A stretch of DNA of 64,000 bases from Polyangiaceae bacterium (GTDB lineage Bacteria > Myxococcota_A > Polyangia > Polyangiales > Polyangiaceae), in the NCBI GenBank assembly GCA_965222375.1, contig CBDCTZ010000014.1, forward strand, positions 288,001-352,000, read 5' to 3'. Under the pieces are notes generated by a model, which had not been told where the DNA came from, ran no database searches, and saw only the letters and a list, made by a program, of their open reading frames with translations. Shown piece after piece: positions 28,912 through 38,631 of this stretch; position 1 is the first letter of the stretch, and each line of letters begins with the position of its first letter. Made by a program: the position numbers and the translations under genes.

Positions 28912-31900
28912 CTAGCGAAGAACGACGTCGATCCTTGAGACGTCGCCATTGCGCACCGCGCGTGCGTGACGGGCGGGCAAGATCTTGCCGTTCACGGTTG
29001 AGCGGCGTCCGTTGCGGTACGACAGTTCGTAGGAGCGCGGCCGACCTGCGCCGCTTCCGAACGTATTCTTGCGGTTCTTGTTGGCATACACGACCAGCGT
29101 GCGGCCCAAGAGTTTGAACGCGAACGAGTTAGCGGGGATGGCAATCTCCGTCCAGCCGTCACGGAAGTCGTGGTACTCGCGCCGAGTTTCGTGCTCCGTG
29201 AACAACCACCCCGGGAGCCTCGGCTCCAGCGCCATCTCCAACTTGCCCTGGCGGTCCAGGCGAAATGGGTGCTCGCCTGCCACCGCGATGATCCACATGT
29301 GCAAGAACTCGCAGGTGATGCCTGAGAGTCGAGGCTGGAACGCACGCCCGTGCAGTGACGACTGAGCGAAGGCGCTCGACACGATGAAAGACGCGCCTTC
29401 CAAAATGCTGCGCCCGTACACACTTGGATCCATGAACGGGACCAGGGCCTTTTCCGCGTCTTTCCAGAACTGCTCGCTCAGTCCGGAGCGCAAGATCTCG
29501 AGCAGGTACTTGTATTCCATGTGCAGGTAGATGGATTCATTTTCGATCCAGCCCCGCGGGTACGCGCCTACCGCGCGTCCGAGCTCCGGAGTTTCTCCCC
29601 GCATGTTCTCGCAGCTCTTGTACATTTTGAGCTTGCGATCGAAGAGTGGGGACTTGCGCACGGCCTCGTACACGGCCAAGGCATCTTCCTTGCGGTGCTT
29701 CATCCAGTGCACCGGACCTTCGAGAAAGAGCTTTACGGGTCGTTGTTCGAAGTAGAGGGGTACAGCGGTCGGGAGGCCCAGGTGGTTTTCCTCGCCGGTC
29801 GGTTCGTGATCCGTTACGTCGTTGACGAAGTAGGTGAAGGGTACGCCTCCCTTCGACATGACTTTGGAGCGGTTACGGCCGGTGAAAATTCGCTCCAAGA
29901 ATTCGTCTGCGACCGACAAGAACTCGGAGACTTCCCGCACACTGATTCGCTCTTCTCGCCCGCTCACGCCCAGTCGAGTCTTTTCGCGGTAACTCTCTTT
30001 CAGGTCGTTGACTTCGTTCCAGTAGGTCAGTGCTGCGTGTTTGGAACGCGACCCCGAGCGCTTTTGCATGGCCGGCTCCACGCCGCGCAAGAACTCCGCG
30101 AGTTCCGAAAAGACCGAAACTGTCCGCGTGCGTCCGCCTTTGAGTCGCGGCAGAGCCCGTCTTAGGAACCTGACGCTGCGCGCCAGCTCCAGGGTTTCAC
30201 TCAGGCCCGAGCCGAATAGCCCGGGCAGGCCGTTCATGGAATCGTTCCAGCCTGGCTTTCCCGCCTCCTTCTCGACGCCCGTGCCCGTGGCATCGAGGGT
30301 CGCGAGCCGATTCACGACGATGGTGAGCAACTTGGTCAGCAAGCTCGTTCGATAGATCTGCCCCGATCCACAGTCGGCGCGAACCACGTAGGGGTCGGTC
30401 TCACGCCCAGCAATCAGCTCGAGTTTCTCTGGGTCTCGCAGTACGGAGCCATAGTTGCGGATCTTGCCTCCCACGCTGACCGTCCGAGAGCGGCGCGGCA
30501 GAACGACGTCGGGGTCGTCAAAGTAGGTGTAGCTCTTGTCGCCGAGCAAAAGTTCGTCGATGCGGTCCGGGTAGACCATGAGCACCACTTCGAGCAGGTC
30601 CACGTTGTAATGCCAGTGGTCGACCCAAAAACCCTCGTGCAGTGCGCCAACCTCGCACTCGTCGCAGAAGGCCAGCACTTCATCCAAGGTGGACGTGCGT
30701 CGGTCGGCTTCCAAGTTGATTGAGTCCTCGAGGCGCATGATCAAGTCGCCAGGGGAAAAGCCTTTCTGCATCCAAGCAAGTAGCTCGCCGCGCTGCTTGG
30801 CGTTGTCGAGACGCCGTTCGGCCCAGGCGTTGGCAGCCTTGGCGTCGGAGATTCGATAGGTGGTGCCGAGTACCTCTAGCGGGTTGTAGCCATCCAACTG
30901 GATCAAGTTCATGAACGTGCGCAGGTTCGTGGCTTCGACGTCTGGAAAGAACCAGGTGTCCGTACGGCGGTTCTGAAGCACGCTGCGATAGTGGCCCGTG
31001 CCCTGGGACAGGTAGGTCGGGTCGAGCAGGAAGGCGTGATAGTCCCGCTCGAGGTCGCCGTTCTGACGCGAGTACAGGTAGAAGGCGCTCCTGCGATCCT
31101 TCAATTGAAGCGTCATGGGCATTCCGCCCCGGATGACGTTGTCCAAGAAGTCTTGCCGAGAGTAGGCATCGAATTGTGGTGATGCGGACACGGTGAAGGC
31201 GTGATCCGCGACCTCTTCGATGGTGCGTCGATTGTCCTGGCGTTTGTCGTCGATGAAACTCGAGCGGCGACTGCGCGCGATGATGGTGTCCAGGTCCCGC
31301 TCGCTCGCGGCGTAGCCGTATATACAGGACAGGGATGCCTCGCCACCCGCCTTGAGCGCGACGGGCTGGGCCGTCATTGCGGCAGGTGTCTTGTTCTCCC
31401 AAAACTGCTCGGAGGCGAGTACTCCCCGCGAGCCGGACGCGGCGAAGCGCCGCGGTGTCTCGTAATTGAAGGGCTCGCCGAAGACCGCCTCCGGGTCGAC
31501 GATCAGCCCTCGGGGTTCGTCGAAGCCCACCCGCAGGTAGAAGTTGCCGCCCTCGACAGATCCCACCTGCTCACTATCGTTTGCGGTTTGCTTCAGACGA
31601 TACACGGCCGCGCCGCCACGAGCGCTTGCCCCCATCATGCCCTCCACGTGGCGAGGGATGCCCTTGATCCGGGACTGGTCGAGTCCGAACGGCAAGATCC
31701 GGGGTAGTCCGTCGATCAAGTCGATGCGCCGCTCCTTCTTCTTGAGGTTTCGTACCGTGAGTACGCGCACCAGACCGGCAACCCGCTCGCCAGGCAGCCC
31801 GAAATACACCACCTCGAATTCGAGCCCGAGACTTGGATTGACCTCCCTCAGGGTGATCTCTCCGGGGGCGACGGTCATGGTCTGGGTGATGCGTTTGTCT

Positions 31901-32202
31901 TCACTGCGACGAAAGGGCTCGTACACTTGCTTGTCGCCCAAGCGAACGAAAGTCCGGAAGCCTTCCCGCTCGATGCGCATGCACGCCTTATTGAAGGAGT
32001 AGAACTCCAGGATCTGCCCGTCCTTGTCGCGAACTCCAAAGGAGGCCACGCATTGCCCCCGGTTGACGGTGTAGCACCAGACGGGCACGCCCCACTTCCC
32101 AGCGATGCCAGGCAGGAAGTTGGAATGAGGTACGTCCCAGTTGTAGTTCTCGAACACGAAGTGGCCGGTGGCCGTATCGAGGTGGCTGTGCGGAGCGCTC
32201 AT
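28912..32202 (-). CDS. Glycoside phosphorylase, GH161-like (beta-1,3-glucan phosphorylase family)
   Basis: NFLPGIAG.WG.P.W..VNRGQ, GDLERDY, QNRR, EAGKPGWNDSMNGLPGLFGSG, FLEGPV, GWIENESIYLHMEYKY; family assigned from recalled motifs. Confidence 0.75.
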   Translation of the reverse strand: MSAPHSHLDTATGHFVFENYNWDVPHSNFLPGIAGKWGVPVWCYTVNRGQCVASFGVRDKDGQILEFYSFNKACMRIEREGFRTFVRLGDKQVYEPFRRSEDKRITQTMTVAPGEITLREVNPSLGLEFEVVYFGLPGERVAGLVRVLTVRNLKKKERRIDLIDGLPRILPFGLDQSRIKGIPRHVEGMMGASARGGAAVYRLKQTANDSEQVGSVEGGNFYLRVGFDEPRGLIVDPEAVFGEPFNYETPRRFAASGSRGVLASEQFWENKTPAAMTAQPVALKAGGEASLSCIYGYAASERDLDTIIARSRRSSFIDDKRQDNRRTIEEVADHAFTVSASPQFDAYSRQDFLDNVIRGGMPMTLQLKDRRSAFYLYSRQNGDLERDYHAFLLDPTYLSQGTGHYRSVLQNRRTDTWFFPDVEATNLRTFMNLIQLDGYNPLEVLGTTYRISDAKAANAWAERRLDNAKQRGELLAWMQKGFSPGDLIMRLEDSINLEADRRTSTLDEVLAFCDECEVGALHEGFWVDHWHYNVDLLEVVLMVYPDRIDELLLGDKSYTYFDDPDVVLPRRSRTVSVGGKIRNYGSVLRDPEKLELIAGRETDPYVVRADCGSGQIYRTSLLTKLLTIVVNRLATLDATGTGVEKEAGKPGWNDSMNGLPGLFGSGLSETLELARSVRFLRRALPRLKGGRTRTVSVFSELAEFLRGVEPAMQKRSGSRSKHAALTYWNEVNDLKESYREKTRLGVSGREERISVREVSEFLSVADEFLERIFTGRNRSKVMSKGGVPFTYFVNDVTDHEPTGEENHLGLPTAVPLYFEQRPVKLFLEGPVHWMKHRKEDALAVYEAVRKSPLFDRKLKMYKSCENMRGETPELGRAVGAYPRGWIENESIYLHMEYKYLLEILRSGLSEQFWKDAEKALVPFMDPSVYGRSILEGASFIVSSAFAQSSLHGRAFQPRLSGITCEFLHMWIIAVAGEHPFRLDRQGKLEMALEPRLPGWLFTEHETRREYHDFRDGWTEIAIPANSFAFKLLGRTLVVYANKNRKNTFGSGAGRPRSYELSYRNGRRSTVNGKILPARHARAVRNGDVSRIDVVLR

Positions 32203-32459
32203 CGTCAGCAGTTGTAACGCGCCCCGTACTGGCCCCGCCAGACCGCTTTGTCGAGCTATCAAATAGCGTCGAAATCCCGGCAGACGGCGTGACGGCGGTC
32301 TGCTTGGCGTGGGCTTTAGCCGGCGACAGGCGAGCCCCGTTGAACGGTTCAGTGGACGGTGCGGACCGCAGCTCTCGACTCAGTTGGCAAGCGAATTTCC
32401 CGAAGACGATGCGGCACGGGGGTTGCTCCAGGGCGAGGCGAGCTTCGGAGGAACCAACC

Positions 32460-32601
32460 ATGCGACTCGGCCCACTCATCTTGTCCACCTTCATGACGAT
32501 CACTGGGAATCATCTCGCATCCCGTTGGCGGCAACGATGATAGCGAGGTGACCTTCGCCCCGATCCTCTACCTTGCTGGCGGGGTGGAGTTCGGCGGGTG
32601 A
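32460..32601 (+). pseudogene. Possible remnant of an exported protein (N-terminus plus C-terminus only)
   Basis: GGAGG RBS + MRLGPLILSTFMTI, then in another frame LGIISHPVGGNDDSEVTFAPILYLAGGVEFGG*. Confidence 0.35.
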
Positions 32602-32740
32602 GTCGTGCTAGGTCTTCAGACTACTTGGCTTTGCGTTTCGGTCGCGCGGGTTTCGGTGTCGCCTCCTTGAGCCCCGGGCGTTTGGCTTTGGCCGCAAATC
32701 GAGCGCCTTGTTCGGCCCCTTGCGCAACAGGTTGGGGCAG

Positions 32741-33457
32741 CTATAGCGCGGCGGCGTCGATATCACGGCCCTCACTGTGTTTCAGCAATTGCTCTGCAAA
32801 GTGGGGGCCCAAGACTTCATGCTTGAAGTAGACGAACGCGTGCGAAAAGCCCGCCTTCCCCAGCCGCTCGTTCCACTGCTGCAGCGCAGCCACGTCGTAG
32901 GCGTCTTGGCGCAGGCGCAAGTAGCCGAAGTCCGTTGTGCTGACGAGTTCAGGCAGAGCCGCATCTCCGTCGCCCCCAACGAGGGCAACCTTGGAATCGC
33001 TCAGCAGGGCATACACGTCGTCGTCGAACCACGAGCGATGCCTGAACTCCATGGCGACTCGAGGTGACGCCGGCAAAGAGGCGAGGAAAGCGCGAAGCAC
33101 TTCTAGGTTCTTCTGGAATTGGGGCGGCATCTGGAACAGTACGACGCCGAGATTGCGGTCCAGAGGCGCAAGGGCTTGAAGCAGGAATTGCACGTCGTCT
33201 TCGGTGCCCTTGAGTTTCGCGTAGTGCGTGATGCGACGAGATGCTTTCATCGCGAATCGAAAGCCGTCGGGTACTTGCGCTTTCCAGCTCTGGATCACGT
33301 TTTCTCGCGGCATGCGGTAGAACGTGTTGTTGATTTCGACGCTAGGTAGTCGCTCCGCGTAGTGTTGAAGGAGAGCGTCGGTTTTCGTTCCCTTGGGGTA
33401 GAACCTGCCCTTCCACTTGGGGTACGAAAAACCGCTGGTGCCGCAGTAGAGCTTCAC
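32741..33457 (-). CDS. DUF72 (YecE-like) protein
   Basis: GTSGFSY..WKG.FYP, VEINNTFY, FAMKA...ITH, LFQMPP, EFRH.SW, YLRLR, YFKHE. Confidence 0.92.
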   Translation of the reverse strand: MKLYCGTSGFSYPKWKGRFYPKGTKTDALLQHYAERLPSVEINNTFYRMPRENVIQSWKAQVPDGFRFAMKASRRITHYAKLKGTEDDVQFLLQALAPLDRNLGVVLFQMPPQFQKNLEVLRAFLASLPASPRVAMEFRHRSWFDDDVYALLSDSKVALVGGDGDAALPELVSTTDFGYLRLRQDAYDVAALQQWNERLGKAGFSHAFVYFKHEVLGPHFAEQLLKHSEGRDIDAAAL

Positions 33458-33460
33458 GGC

Positions 33461-34723
33461 TCAGTACCAAAATGCGCCGATAGTGCCACTGGCGAGCCAG
33501 GGCACGTCGTCACTGACTTTGGGCAGCACCATGACCGATAGTCGGACGTTCGGGTTGGCCTTCTCGCCGGTCTCGAGTTTGGTCAGATCTAGGCTCAGCT
33601 CGAAGCCGCCGTAGTTGAATTTCGTTTCGGTTTGGTCTTGATCCTGCCCGATTTCGAGAGCGGCGATCACCGTCGGTGAATAGGCGAGCCCCAGCCCAAC
33701 ACCGCGCCAAACCGTTGGGCTTTTGTGCTCTCCAAACATGAAGTGCACGCCCAGCTGCATCGGAATGAAAGCGTATAGATAGCCCTGGTTGTCGTATTCT
33801 TTGTCTTGGGAAACCACGGCACCGGCTTCCACGCGGTACTTGAATCCGTTGGGCGGTCGAACGTAGAGGGCGTTGAGTTCGGCCCCCACCCCTGCGCGGA
33901 ACGCTGCAAAGTTTGCACTGCCAACGACGGGCTCCGGGATCGGCAAGTACATGAACGCCACGTGAGCGCCCAAGCCGCCGCCGATGCCGAAGGTATTACC
34001 TTTGCCGATCTCGACCTGGCTGTTAACGGGATTGGTGTCTGTGAAGGGCGTGTCTGGGATGTACAATCCGGTCAGCAGCGCCCGCACGCCATAGCTCAGT
34101 CGGGCGCCTCCGCGTTCGACCCAGGCTTCTGGGCTGCCCGGCGGCGGACCTTCCTTCTTGTCGCTCATGACGCTTGGGGTCATGAAGCCCGCGGACAAGG
34201 AGCCGCCTGCGCTGGCAGTTCCGCGTCCGTCTCCCGCGGTCGCAGGCGCCGCTGCCGGCGTGCCGCCGGATTGTGCGACTTTGCCCAGCAAGTCAGCAGC
34301 GGCACTCACCGCCGCCGCGTCACTGGCGACGTCCCGCGTCTGCGCGCCCTTTGCCGTCACCACGGTGACGTGCATGCCTTTGTCGTCCCGGAAGATGCGT
34401 ACGAGAGCGCGGGCCCCCAATGCGGAGCGCAGAGGTTCGAGCTTGTCCGCGGTCGTGGAGACGGATCCAGCTTCCAGGGCGCCCGCGGTTTGCGCCCTGC
34501 CCATCACGTCGGCTTTGCCTTCGGCGGCCCAGCCGTTCGCACGAGCGGCCTCGTAGACCTTGGCGCGTAGCTGCGCATTCTGGGTCTCGTCTCCAGTGGA
34601 GTCCGCCACCACTACGACCCGTGCGGGCTGTGCTTTGGCGTCGGTTGCCTTGTCTTGTCCTTGCGCCCAGCTCGCTGCAGGGGTGAGCAGGAGGCAAAGC
34701 CCCAAAGAAAGAGCGGCTCTCAT
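33461..34723 (-). CDS. Secreted/outer-membrane hypothetical protein
   Basis: Signal peptide ending ASWA; beta-strand-rich C-terminal half with aromatic terminus. Confidence 0.75.
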   Translation of the reverse strand: MRAALSLGLCLLLTPAASWAQGQDKATDAKAQPARVVVVADSTGDETQNAQLRAKVYEAARANGWAAEGKADVMGRAQTAGALEAGSVSTTADKLEPLRSALGARALVRIFRDDKGMHVTVVTAKGAQTRDVASDAAAVSAAADLLGKVAQSGGTPAAAPATAGDGRGTASAGGSLSAGFMTPSVMSDKKEGPPPGSPEAWVERGGARLSYGVRALLTGLYIPDTPFTDTNPVNSQVEIGKGNTFGIGGGLGAHVAFMYLPIPEPVVGSANFAAFRAGVGAELNALYVRPPNGFKYRVEAGAVVSQDKEYDNQGYLYAFIPMQLGVHFMFGEHKSPTVWRGVGLGLAYSPTVIAALEIGQDQDQTETKFNYGGFELSLDLTKLETGEKANPNVRLSVMVLPKVSDDVPWLASGTIGAFWY

Positions 34724-34805
34724 GGGTTGATTGTGCCAAAGGACAGCGAAGAAGTGAGCTTTTCGACAGGGGGGCAGCGCTGATACGCTTCGGCGTGCGC
34801 TTCAA

Positions 34806-36479
34806 GTGCGCGAAACCAGGTTAATGAAGCGTCGAGCACCACATAGCGGAGACACCGTCGAGCCCCCGGAAGTCTCCTCTGCGCCGCCGGGAATGCCTCG
34901 GCACTCGTCGCTATTGCCGCCGCCGCCCGCTACCGCCGAGTTGGAAGCCGCCCAGTTCGAGCAGTTGCAGCAGACGCTGGTGGGTCGTTGGCTTGCCCTG
35001 CACGAGATTGAATCCGAGCCGCGGGACGTCGTCGTCGTTCCGTCTCTTTCCCTGGATGGCTTTCAACTGGCGGCGATTCCAGGCATCACTCACTACGAGG
35101 AGCGGATGCTGTTCACGCTGGGCTTGCTGCGGCATCCCCGGGCGCGTCTGGTCTACGTCACATCCCAGCCCCTGCATCCGGCCATGCTCGAGTACTACCT
35201 CGCGTTGATTGGTGGGATCCCAACGGCACATACCCGCAGCCGGCTCACTCTCGTATCTTGCTACGACACGTCGCCTCGGCCTTTGACCGAAAAGGTGCTG
35301 GAGCGGCCTCGCTTGATGCGACGGATTCGCGATTCCATCGACCCCAGACGGGCGCACATGACCGTGTTCACGGTGAGCGAGCACGAGCGCAGTCTGGCGG
35401 TGCGCTTGGGCATCCCGCTCTACGGTGTCAACCCCAACTTGCTTCATCTCGGTACCAAGACTGGGTCACGGCAGGTCTTTCGAGGTGCGGGTATTCCCAT
35501 GCCGCCCGGGATTGAAGACCTCAAGGATGAGCGCGAAGTCGCTGAGGCCGTCGCCACGTTGTGGGAGGAAGACCCATCACTGAAGCGCTTCGTCGTCAAA
35601 CTCAATCAAGGTTTTTCCGGGGAAGGCAACGCGATCCTCCGCGTTGAGGGGGAGCTTGCCAAGGCCGCGCCGGGCAAAGCTAGCCACGCAGCGCGGGCCG
35701 ATGCAGTGGTTGCCGCGTTGCCAGACCTTCGCTTCATGGGACCTAGCGAAACTTGGGACCGCTTCGGTCAGGCCTTGGCTCAGATAGGCGGCGTCGTGGA
35801 GGCCTTCGTGGAGGGAGACATCAAACGCAGCCCGTCGGTGCAGTTGCGCATCAACCCGCGCGGCGAGCTGCAGGCCATGAGCACCCACGACCAGCTCCTG
35901 GGTGGCCCGGACGGGCAGATGTACTTGGGTTGCCGTTTTCCTGCCGACGATGCCTATCGCAAGGAAATCCAAGCAGATGCGCTGGCCGTCGGTGAGGTGT
36001 TGAGGGAGCGAGGCTGCGTGGGGCGGGTCGCGGTGGACTTCGTTACCGTGCAGAATCCCGATGGTTCTTGGAGCCGCTACGCGATCGAAATCAACCTGCG
36101 CATGACGGGCACCACCCATCCCATTATGACCCTGAAGCTCCTCAATGACGGCGAGTACGATGCGGAAAGCGGCCTGTACATCACCCGGCGCGGCGAGCCA
36201 CGCTACTACGTTTCGACCGACAACCTCATGAAGCCGAGGTATCGGGGGCTGCTCCCCGACGACGTGCTCGACATCGCTGCTGTGCACGATGTGCACTACC
36301 AGCCTTGGAAGGAGACCGGCGTCGTTTTCCACCTACTCGGCGCGGTGAGTCAGTTCGGCAAACTGGGGCTCACCGCCATTGGGTCGACTCCCGCGGAAGC
36401 CGAAGCCTTCTTCGCGGCGGCTGAGTGCGCGCTGGATAGCGCGACCCGGGACAATCCCCGCGGCGAAGTCACGCTCTGA
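34806..36479 (+). CDS. ATP-grasp peptide ligase, PGM1-related
   Basis: HYEERMLF..LLR.P (pre-ATP-grasp), GTKTGSR, VVKLNQGFSGEGN, SPSVQ, STHDQ, EINLR..GTTHP. Start may be ATG 34824. Confidence 0.8.
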   Translation: MRETRLMKRRAPHSGDTVEPPEVSSAPPGMPRHSSLLPPPPATAELEAAQFEQLQQTLVGRWLALHEIESEPRDVVVVPSLSLDGFQLAAIPGITHYEERMLFTLGLLRHPRARLVYVTSQPLHPAMLEYYLALIGGIPTAHTRSRLTLVSCYDTSPRPLTEKVLERPRLMRRIRDSIDPRRAHMTVFTVSEHERSLAVRLGIPLYGVNPNLLHLGTKTGSRQVFRGAGIPMPPGIEDLKDEREVAEAVATLWEEDPSLKRFVVKLNQGFSGEGNAILRVEGELAKAAPGKASHAARADAVVAALPDLRFMGPSETWDRFGQALAQIGGVVEAFVEGDIKRSPSVQLRINPRGELQAMSTHDQLLGGPDGQMYLGCRFPADDAYRKEIQADALAVGEVLRERGCVGRVAVDFVTVQNPDGSWSRYAIEINLRMTGTTHPIMTLKLLNDGEYDAESGLYITRRGEPRYYVSTDNLMKPRYRGLLPDDVLDIAAVHDVHYQPWKETGVVFHLLGAVSQFGKLGLTAIGSTPAEAEAFFAAAECALDSATRDNPRGEVTL

Positions 36480-36495
36480 GCGTCGGGGGGCGAAC

Positions 36496-36972
36496 CTACG
36501 CAGACGCGCGTTGGTGCTCTGCGAAATCGCTGGACGCACCCTGCACGGGGGCGTTCTTGCCGATGCGGACGCTGACGCCCACACCGCTGCCAAACGCGTC
36601 GCCGTCGAGGGCGGCCGCCAAGCCGCTGATGTCGTGACATGCGCGAGGGCTGGCGCCGTCGTCGACGGTTAGCACCAGGTCCCCGTGGCGCTGCCTACGC
36701 AGGCGAGCCAGCAAGCCTCGAGCGAGAACGCTGCGGGCCGCAAAGGCGTCGGAGTCAGTGCGCTTGTTGGCCATGACCACCGTCGTGCCCAAGCTCCAAC
36801 CCTGGAGCTCCAACCGCGCGATGCGATTGGCAACCTGCGCGATGAGGGATGTAGGCTCGCCTTCGTAATGCTGTGCAACGACAGCTAGGTAACCCACGTT
36901 GCCCGGCTCGAGCCACTTCGGCCAACTCGCCCCGTACTCGATGACCACCAGGGTCGCGGTCTGATTGCTCAT
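36496..36972 (-). CDS. Hypothetical protein
   Basis: GGAGG upstream of ATG 36972; globular composition. Confidence 0.6.
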   Translation of the reverse strand: MSNQTATLVVIEYGASWPKWLEPGNVGYLAVVAQHYEGEPTSLIAQVANRIARLELQGWSLGTTVVMANKRTDSDAFAARSVLARGLLARLRRQRHGDLVLTVDDGASPRACHDISGLAAALDGDAFGSGVGVSVRIGKNAPVQGASSDFAEHQRASA

Positions 36973-37068
36973 GATCGGCCTGCCTCCAGCATTCATTTCG
37001 GATAGGCGGCCTGGGCTCGGCGGGCCAAGAAAGTGCCCCGGCTCCCTTCGGCCGTGCCTGGAGGGCGC

Positions 37069-38577
37069 CTAGCGTAACCAGCTGAAAAACTTCACGAAAA
37101 AGGCGCGGAGCCCCGGCTTGAGGCGGGTGCGATTGTAGGCGTCGCCCAGGCGCTTCAGAACCTCTGCCTGGGTCGGGTAGGGGATGATGCTGCGGCTCAA
37201 GTGGGAGAGCTTCAGTCCGGAAGTGATGGCGAGGCTGGCCGTGCCAATGAGGTTGCCGGCGCCTTGGCCCACGATGGTGATGGCGCAGATCCGGCCCCCG
37301 CGATCATGATGAACCCGAGCGAAGCCATGGACCTCTTGCTCCAAGATGGCGCGGTCGATGTCATCGAAGGGCACGGTGAGCTGAAGCAGGTCCGGCCGGG
37401 CGCTGAGCTCATCGACCCCGAGCCCCACATGGGCTAGCTCCGGGTCAGTGTAGGTGGCCCAGGGGATGGTCAGTGCGCTCGCGCGTTTCCGCCCCCAGAA
37501 CAAAGCGTTCTGCAGAACGATCCGCGCCATGGCGTCGGCGGCATGAGTGAATTGCATGCTCGAGCCGACGTCCCCTGCCGCATAGATGGTCGGGTTGGTC
37601 GTACGGAGTCGGTCATCGACGCGCAGGCGGCCTTTGGCGTCGAGGTCGACGCCGACGGTATCCAAGCCAAGGTTCTCGACGTTGGCTCGTCGGCCCGCCG
37701 CCACCAGCACTTCGTCCACCTCCGTCGTGCCGGCAACATCGGTTTCGTATTCGAGCATTCTTCCGCTTTCGGTTCTCCGCGCGGCCAACACTCTCGCCTG
37801 AGTGAGCACCAGAACACCGTCGCGCTCGAGGCTGGCTCGCACGACCTCCGCGGCGTCGGCATCATCTCGGGGAAGGATGCGGTTGCCCATCTCGAACAAC
37901 GTCACCTCGCTGCCTAGGCGGGCGAAGCTCTGAGCCAGCTCGCAGCCGATGGGGCCACCACCGACAACGGCAAGGCGACGCGGCAATTCGGTCAGAGAAA
38001 ACACACTCTCGTTGGTCAAATAGCCGCACGCATCAAGGCCCTTGATCGGGGGAACCCATGCCCGCCCTCCCGTTGCCAGCACCGCACGTTTGAAGCGAAG
38101 CTGGTGATTGTCGACCTGCACCGTATCGCTGCCGGAGAACTTCGCTTGCCCGAAGAACACGTCCACTCCGGCGTCTCGCAAGCGGGTTGCCGAATCGTGG
38201 GGCGCGATGCCGGCGCGGGAGCGCCGCAGCTGGGTCATCACCTCCGCGAAGTCGACCCGGATCTGCCCGGTCTGGACTCCGAAACGCGAAGCCTGTCGTG
38301 CCGCGTGTGCTGAATGGGCCGCCGCAATCAGCGCTTTGGAGGGAACACAGCCCGTCACCAAGCAGTCCCCACCCAACAGTGCGCGTTCGATGAGGGCCAC
38401 CCTCGCGCCGAGCCCGGCGGCACCCATGGCAGACACCAGGCCTGCGGTACCACCGCCAATGACGACTAGGTTGTATCGCAGTGCTGGGGCGGGAGGCGTC
38501 CAGTCCTCCGGATGTACTTCCGCGACGAGGCGCTGGTTGGCGTCATCCCAGGGTTCGATCTTCCCGTTGAACTGCAC
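37069..38577 (-). CDS. Pyridine nucleotide-disulfide oxidoreductase (MerA/LpdA-like flavoprotein)
   Basis: GGGTAG, GGDCLVTGCVPSK, GGGPIGCE, YAAGD, TYTDPE; no C-terminal Cys-Cys. Confidence 0.9.
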   Translation of the reverse strand: MQFNGKIEPWDDANQRLVAEVHPEDWTPPAPALRYNLVVIGGGTAGLVSAMGAAGLGARVALIERALLGGDCLVTGCVPSKALIAAAHSAHAARQASRFGVQTGQIRVDFAEVMTQLRRSRAGIAPHDSATRLRDAGVDVFFGQAKFSGSDTVQVDNHQLRFKRAVLATGGRAWVPPIKGLDACGYLTNESVFSLTELPRRLAVVGGGPIGCELAQSFARLGSEVTLFEMGNRILPRDDADAAEVVRASLERDGVLVLTQARVLAARRTESGRMLEYETDVAGTTEVDEVLVAAGRRANVENLGLDTVGVDLDAKGRLRVDDRLRTTNPTIYAAGDVGSSMQFTHAADAMARIVLQNALFWGRKRASALTIPWATYTDPELAHVGLGVDELSARPDLLQLTVPFDDIDRAILEQEVHGFARVHHDRGGRICAITIVGQGAGNLIGTASLAITSGLKLSHLSRSIIPYPTQAEVLKRLGDAYNRTRLKPGLRAFFVKFFSWLR

Positions 38578-38631
38578 GCAGCATTGTCACGGCTTTCCCG
38601 ACGTCGGGCAAGAGACCAGAGGTCACGGCTG

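Noticed and set aside
32621..32743. Genome-wide stop-codon reassignment (pyrrolysine or alternative code)
   Set aside because: TAG, TGA and TAA all terminate well-defined genes at the expected positions elsewhere in the window; only isolated lesions are seen.
37069..38577. True mercuric reductase / mer operon
   Set aside because: Lacks the C-terminal Cys-Cys pair and the N-terminal metal-binding domain; no merR/T/P nearby.
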